From the NCBI GenBank assembly GCA_030141605.1, contig JAQGDQ010002120.1, positions 1-14,312 on the forward strand: a stretch of DNA of 14,312 bases, read 5' to 3'. Numbering within the stretch: position 1 is the stretch's first letter; each line of letters opens with the position of its first letter. This DNA comes from Tubiluchus corallicola. Taxonomy: Eukaryota; Animalia; Priapulida. Positions 10,261 through 14,312 of the stretch are shown one piece after another. The notes beneath the pieces are model-generated. The model made no database searches and was not told where the DNA came from. It saw nothing but the letters and a program-made list of their open reading frames with translations. The translations under genes and the position numbers were made by a program.

Positions 10261-10448
10261 ATGGAACATCGTTTGAAGACATTGAAAGACTACCAGACAA
10301 CGAGCAGACACGAGAACGAGCAATTGCTCAATGAAAAACATGACCTAGAGTCAACACTTGAACAATATCGTAACGTCCTAGAGCTCTCCCAGAGAAGCCT
10401 TGTTGAGTTACAGAAGCAGCAAAGAGAGGAACGTCGGGCCAGAGCACA
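10261..10448 (+). CDS. CRACR2A: CRACR2-like exon 6: coiled coil
   Basis: Acceptor gtactggcag ends at 10260. Encodes MEHRLKTLKDYQTTSRHENEQLLNEKHDLESTLEQYRNVLELSQRSLVELQKQQREERRARA. Donor GTAAGT at 10449, phase 2. Confidence 0.9.
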
Positions 10449-10456
10449 GTAAGTTG

Positions 10457-10473
10457 CCACCACCACCACCATC

Positions 10474-10504
<31 letters not shown>

Positions 10505-10518
10505 TGAACACCATCACC

Positions 10519-10549
<31 letters not shown>

Positions 10550-10572
10550 GCAACAACATCAACACCACCACC

Positions 10573-10603
<31 letters not shown>

Positions 10604-10662
10604 TCAACACCACCACCACCAACAACAACAACAACAACAACATCAACACCACCACCACCACC

Positions 10663-10694
<32 letters not shown>

Positions 10695-10735
10695 CAACAT
10701 CAACACCACCACCACCAACAACAACAATAACAACC
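10457..10735. repeat. (CAC)n(CAA)n compound trinucleotide repeat with higher-order blocks
   Basis: Alternating CAC and CAA runs punctuated by CAT, immediately after the exon 6 donor. Confidence 0.96.
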
Positions 10736-11095
10736 ATCGAGTTCAACACTATGTTTGCATAGCAAAATCGTCCCTAAGTTGGCAATTAACCTTTTCTAAT
10801 TATTCAATATCCCGAATCTCCATTTCATGAGGATCATTTTGATACCAAGTTCATCGCTCTATGTTATTTCTAAACTGAGATAATCCATGTTGAAATTGAG
10901 GTGCAGGCTGCACACTGAAAAACATAATCTTGAGAAAATCACTGTTAAAGTCAGCCATTGTTTTTTGTCGCGTTTCTACAAAACGCTTAGCAACCACACA
11001 AATGTTGGTTGCTATGGACTTTAAAAGAACACATTGAAGTGATGTTTTAAATCCAGTAGATGACATTATGCTTTGAAGTATCATAACGTATTTTA

Positions 11096-11815
11096 TTCCA
11101 CATATAAATCTATGATAGAGGCATGCAAGCTATGTTCTGTATTCACATATAAATCTATGATAGAGGCGTGCAAGCTATGTTCTGAATAGACATAAAAATC
11201 TATGATACAAGCATGCAAACTATGTTCTGAATGCACATATAAATCTACGATAGACGCATGCAAGCTATGTTCTGAATCCACATATAAATCTACGACAGAG
11301 GCATGCAAGCTATGTTCTGAATCCATATATAAATCTACGATAGGGGCACGAAAGCTATGTTCTGAATCCACATATAAATCTACGATAGACGCATGCAAGC
11401 TATGTTCTGAATCCACGTATAAATCTACGACAGAGGCATGCAAGCTATGTTCTGAATCCATATATAAATCTACGATAGGGGCACGAAAGCTATGTTCTGA
11501 ATCCACATATAAATCTACGATAGAGGCATGCAAGCTATGTTCTGAATCCACATATAAACCTACGATAGAGGCATGCAAGCTATGTTCTGAATCCACATAA
11601 AAATCTATGATACAAGCATGCAAGCTATGTTCTGAATGCACATATAAATCTACGATAGACGCATGCAAGCTATGTTCTGAATCCACGTATAAATCTACGA
11701 CAGAGGCATGCAAGCTATGTTCTGAATCCATATATAAATCTACGATAGGGGCACGAAAGCTATGTTCTGAATCCACATATAAATCTACGATAGACGCATG
11801 CAAGCTATGTTCTGA
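11096..11815. repeat. 45-bp minisatellite, 16 copies
   Basis: Consensus ATCCACATATAAATCTACGATAGAGGCATGCAAGCTATGTTCTGA; exact 45-nt period with no indels. Confidence 0.98.
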
Positions 11816-11863
11816 TTTAATTATACTTTAATTGATTAACTGCAAATTTTAATTATGTTTCAG

Positions 11864-11990
11864 CTCTTGTTTGAAAGTGTCAGAAGCCATCACCATGGAC
11901 AGAGCAAAGTTACTACAGCAACTTGAAATGCTGAGAAATTTGAACCAAAAACTTTGTGATGACAGAGACGAACTGGAGGCGGAAATGCTG
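11864..11990 (+). CDS. CRACR2A: CRACR2-like exon 7: end of coiled coil (not in ORF track)
   Basis: Acceptor ttatgtttcag ends at 11863. Encodes (H)SCLKVSEAITMDRAKLLQQLEMLRNLNQKLCDDRDELEAEML (cf. recalled [32 protein letters not shown]). Probable donor GTATCC at 11991, phase 0; otherwise it reads through to TAA at 12048-12050. Confidence 0.88.
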
Positions 11991-12071
11991 GTATCCCTAT
12001 TTTCACTCACTGTCACTGTCCACGTTGTTAACACCTTTATCTTCTTGTAATCTCGTTTTGTCGTCTTTGTT

Positions 12072-12183
12072 AGTTTAAACATAATTCATTATAGGATTGG
12101 ATCAGACAGTTTGTACAACATGATTTAGGATCCTCATCACAACAGTCTACACACTACACACTACACACTTTTCTCTCTCTCTC

Positions 12184-12253
<70 letters not shown>

Positions 12254-12333
12254 AACATAATTTATTTAGGATTGGATCAGACAGTTTGAACAACATGATT
12301 TAGGATCCTCACCACAACAGACTTTATACACTA
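12072..12333. repeat. ~85-bp direct repeats flanking a (CT)n tract (12172-12247)
   Basis: AGTTTAAACATAATT...GGATTGGATCAGACAGTTTG...GATTTAGGATCCTCA starts at 12072 and 12248. Confidence 0.9.
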
Positions 12334-12820
12334 TTTACAAAAACATTTACAGTAAGAATAGACTATAACTACACAAGCTGACAAGTTTTACTACAAAATT
12401 ACATTAGACATTAGTAACATTTACAGTAAGAATTGACTATAACTACACAAGCTGACAAGTTTTACTACAATAATACATTAGACATTAGTAGAAAATGACG
12501 GTTAGAAAATATTAATGTACGAATATTTAAGACTGATGCATTTCATATCAGATAGAAACTACTGGAAGCGTTTAGTACGTAATACAAAGTCATGTATACA
12601 TTGGAATATTTTACAGTTAGCAACATAGTTAAATTCATCTTTTCCGAACAATAACAACTTCAACAGATCATTAGTTCCTAAGACAGCTATATTAAGGTTT
12701 TCGGGCAGAAGGATTTCATTTAATTTATCAAACATAACAACCCTAGCTTGTTGATACAATGGGCAGTGCTACAAAAAGTGTTCAACAGACTCAAATCGAA
12801 ATCCACAGTTACAATTCGGC
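12248..12820 (-). mobile_element. Decayed, 5'-truncated non-LTR retrotransposon (LINE): ORF2 C-terminus plus 3' UTR
   Basis: The minus frame reads PNCNCGFRFESVEHFL*HCPLYQQAR...LLKLLLFG...NCKIFQCIHDFVLRTKRFQ* (stop at 12559-12561). This is the CxCG-E-x-x-EHF-x-x-x-CP-x-Y zinc knuckle and LLxG...TxRF ending typical of invertebrate LINE RT proteins. There is an in-frame TAG at 12769-12771 and a minus-strand AATAAA near 12262-12267. The UTR boundary is approximate. Confidence 0.8.
12342..12490. repeat. 74-bp tandem dimer
   Basis: AACATTTACAGTAAGAAT...ACATTAGACATTAGT starts at 12342 and 12416. Confidence 0.92.
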
Positions 12821-12877
12821 AATATTAGATGACCGTCGTGTTTGTTAATTTATGTCGTAGTTGCTTGGTCTTATTCA

Positions 12878-12925
12878 CAGGGCTGGATTACCCCATAGGT
12901 TAGTATAGGCTGCAGCCTAGGGGCC
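12878..12925. mobile_element. Possible terminus of a hAT-like MITE with a 14-bp palindrome
   Basis: CAGGGCTGGATTA resembles CAGGG-type hAT non-autonomous termini, and TAGGCTGCAGCCTA at 12906-12919 is a perfect palindrome. No partner TIR was found. Confidence 0.35.
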
Positions 12926-13909
12926 TTTTGAATCCAATGTAAACAGTCATTTAGAGGATCTTTGCATAATGCGTCGTCTGGTACACTATTCTAAACTGGT
13001 TTTAGTTAATATTTTTCTTACATGTTTGGTATCATTTTTAAAGGAAAATAGTATATTCCTTTATGAATAGTATGAACCATGGATCAAGACAATCTATGAT
13101 CTAAATTAATGGAAAGGAAAATATTGACTTTTTAAGAATAATTTACGTTAAATAATTATTACTGCAGAAACCTAATTTTGATATATTTTCGTTGTTGTAC
13201 ACTGTTGGTCAAAATACTTAGATGGGCAACAACACCTGCTTCTTGGCAATGTGTGCTGCACAACAGTACGCCCTGGTTGCAATCTGTAGAGCACGAATCA
13301 AGTTGTGACATCAATCTTGTGAAATCACACCTTATTTCAGTGATGAAATTTAAAATTTTGAACTTAAAAAAATTGTCGTTTTGTGATTCATATTTGTGCT
13401 TGTTCATAAAATTCACATTTTAAATGGTAAGGTAAAAAAGTACGAGTCTGAAAAGTTACCCTGTTTTCTTTGAGTATTGGTATCTTGCCTTTCTATCTTA
13501 TATAAACATGCATACTTTGTACATGTTTATGTGGCTGCTGCAAAAGATGGCACTAGTAGTATATGTGGAAGCTTTACTAAATGTATGTTTTTTATTTGCA
13601 CTATATTAGCAAACAGCATAATGTTGAATTTACCAATCCTAATGGGCACTTTGTTAATGTGTACAAAATATGCTTGCAGTGGCCAATGAATCTGTTTGCA
13701 TAATTTCTGCCAGACGTTTATTCCTTGTACTCATGTGTGAGAAGCCAGCCAATAGATGGCGCTAAAAAGCTACCAAAGACAGCAGCCAAGACTACTTGTC
13801 AAGGCTTCATGCGTGAAGAACAATAGTTGTGTCTAGTCCTCAGCTGAGTGTTCTTTACTATTAATAGTTTTTGGGATTAATGACTTGTATCATAACTTTA
13901 TTTTAATAG

Positions 13910-14014
13910 CAAGCAGACGACTTAAAGGAGAGATTACTGGAATCCGAAAAACTTGTCACTGAGCTGAGTCGAACTTGGGAGGACAAGCTGGAGCAAACAG
14001 AGCGAGTTCATCGG
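13910..14014 (+). CDS. Exon encoding a kinesin-3 (KIF13-like) CC1 segment (not in ORF track)
   Basis: Acceptor ctttattttaatag ends at 13909; donor GTAAGT at 14015; 105 nt with no stop. QADDLKERLLESEKLVTELSRTWEDKLEQTERVHR matches the kinesin-3 pattern, e.g. recalled KIF13B ELKDRLEESEKLIQEMTVTWEEKLRKTE. Confidence 0.82.
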
Positions 14015-14312
14015 GTAAGTAAAGTGTGTTTTTGAACGTTTGTGTGCCCCTTTGTTTCTCATAAATTGAATTTTTAGTTATGTGAGCTTTAATTTATTTT
14101 GACCAAATTAGTTGATGTCTTGCTTAATGTTTTTATAAGAATTAACTTAATTTAAATGTTTCTTTTGAAAATTACAATTACACCTGCAAAATAAGAACCT
14201 ACATAATCTACTTGCCTGTTGAAGCATTCTTTGTATTGATTGGTGATATTGTTGTTCTGTAGAGATTCAGAACCTAATACTGTAATTGTAGATGATCTTA
14301 CCACCTAGTTAT

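Noticed and set aside
10290-10830. Poly-L/V, poly-G/V and poly-T/N ORFs
   Set aside because: These are translations of the CAC/CAA repeat, which lies beyond a strong GTAAGT donor.
11096-11815. CRISPR-like array or 236-aa repeat protein
   Set aside because: The units are contiguous with no unique spacers and the context is eukaryotic. The ORF follows from a 45-nt unit lacking stops in one frame.
13159-13689. Short ORFs of 70-85 aa
   Set aside because: They have no recognisable motifs or convincing splice-bounded coding character, and are probably intronic.
14263-14312. Possible next exon after ttgttctgtag
   Set aside because: The phase 0 reading (RFRT) hits TAA after four codons and nothing resembles the expected kinesin or Rab continuation.

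Overview
AT-rich, repeat-dense animal genomic DNA, probably from an invertebrate. The main content is seven internal + strand exons (937-1141, 5412-5724, 6897-7043, 7491-7581, 9185-9280, 10261-10448, 11864-11990). They splice with consistent GT-AG phases into 389 codons of an EF-hand + coiled-coil protein of the CRACR2/EFCAB4 (CRACR2A/Rab46-like) family. The start codon is upstream of the window and no Rab domain is visible. The next clear exon (13910-14014; same strand, compatible phase 0) unexpectedly encodes a kinesin-3 (KIF13-like) CC1 segment, suggesting a chimeric or nested CRACR2-KIF13 arrangement. The introns hold a ~1.76 kb tandem duplication, a 3'-truncated 5S rRNA retrocopy with a target-site duplication, TTAA-flanked MITE-like repeats, a decayed LINE 3' end, duplicated splice acceptors and many micro/minisatellites. 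Most ORFs in the supplied track are repeat artefacts. Homology calls come from recalled protein sequences, not database searches.
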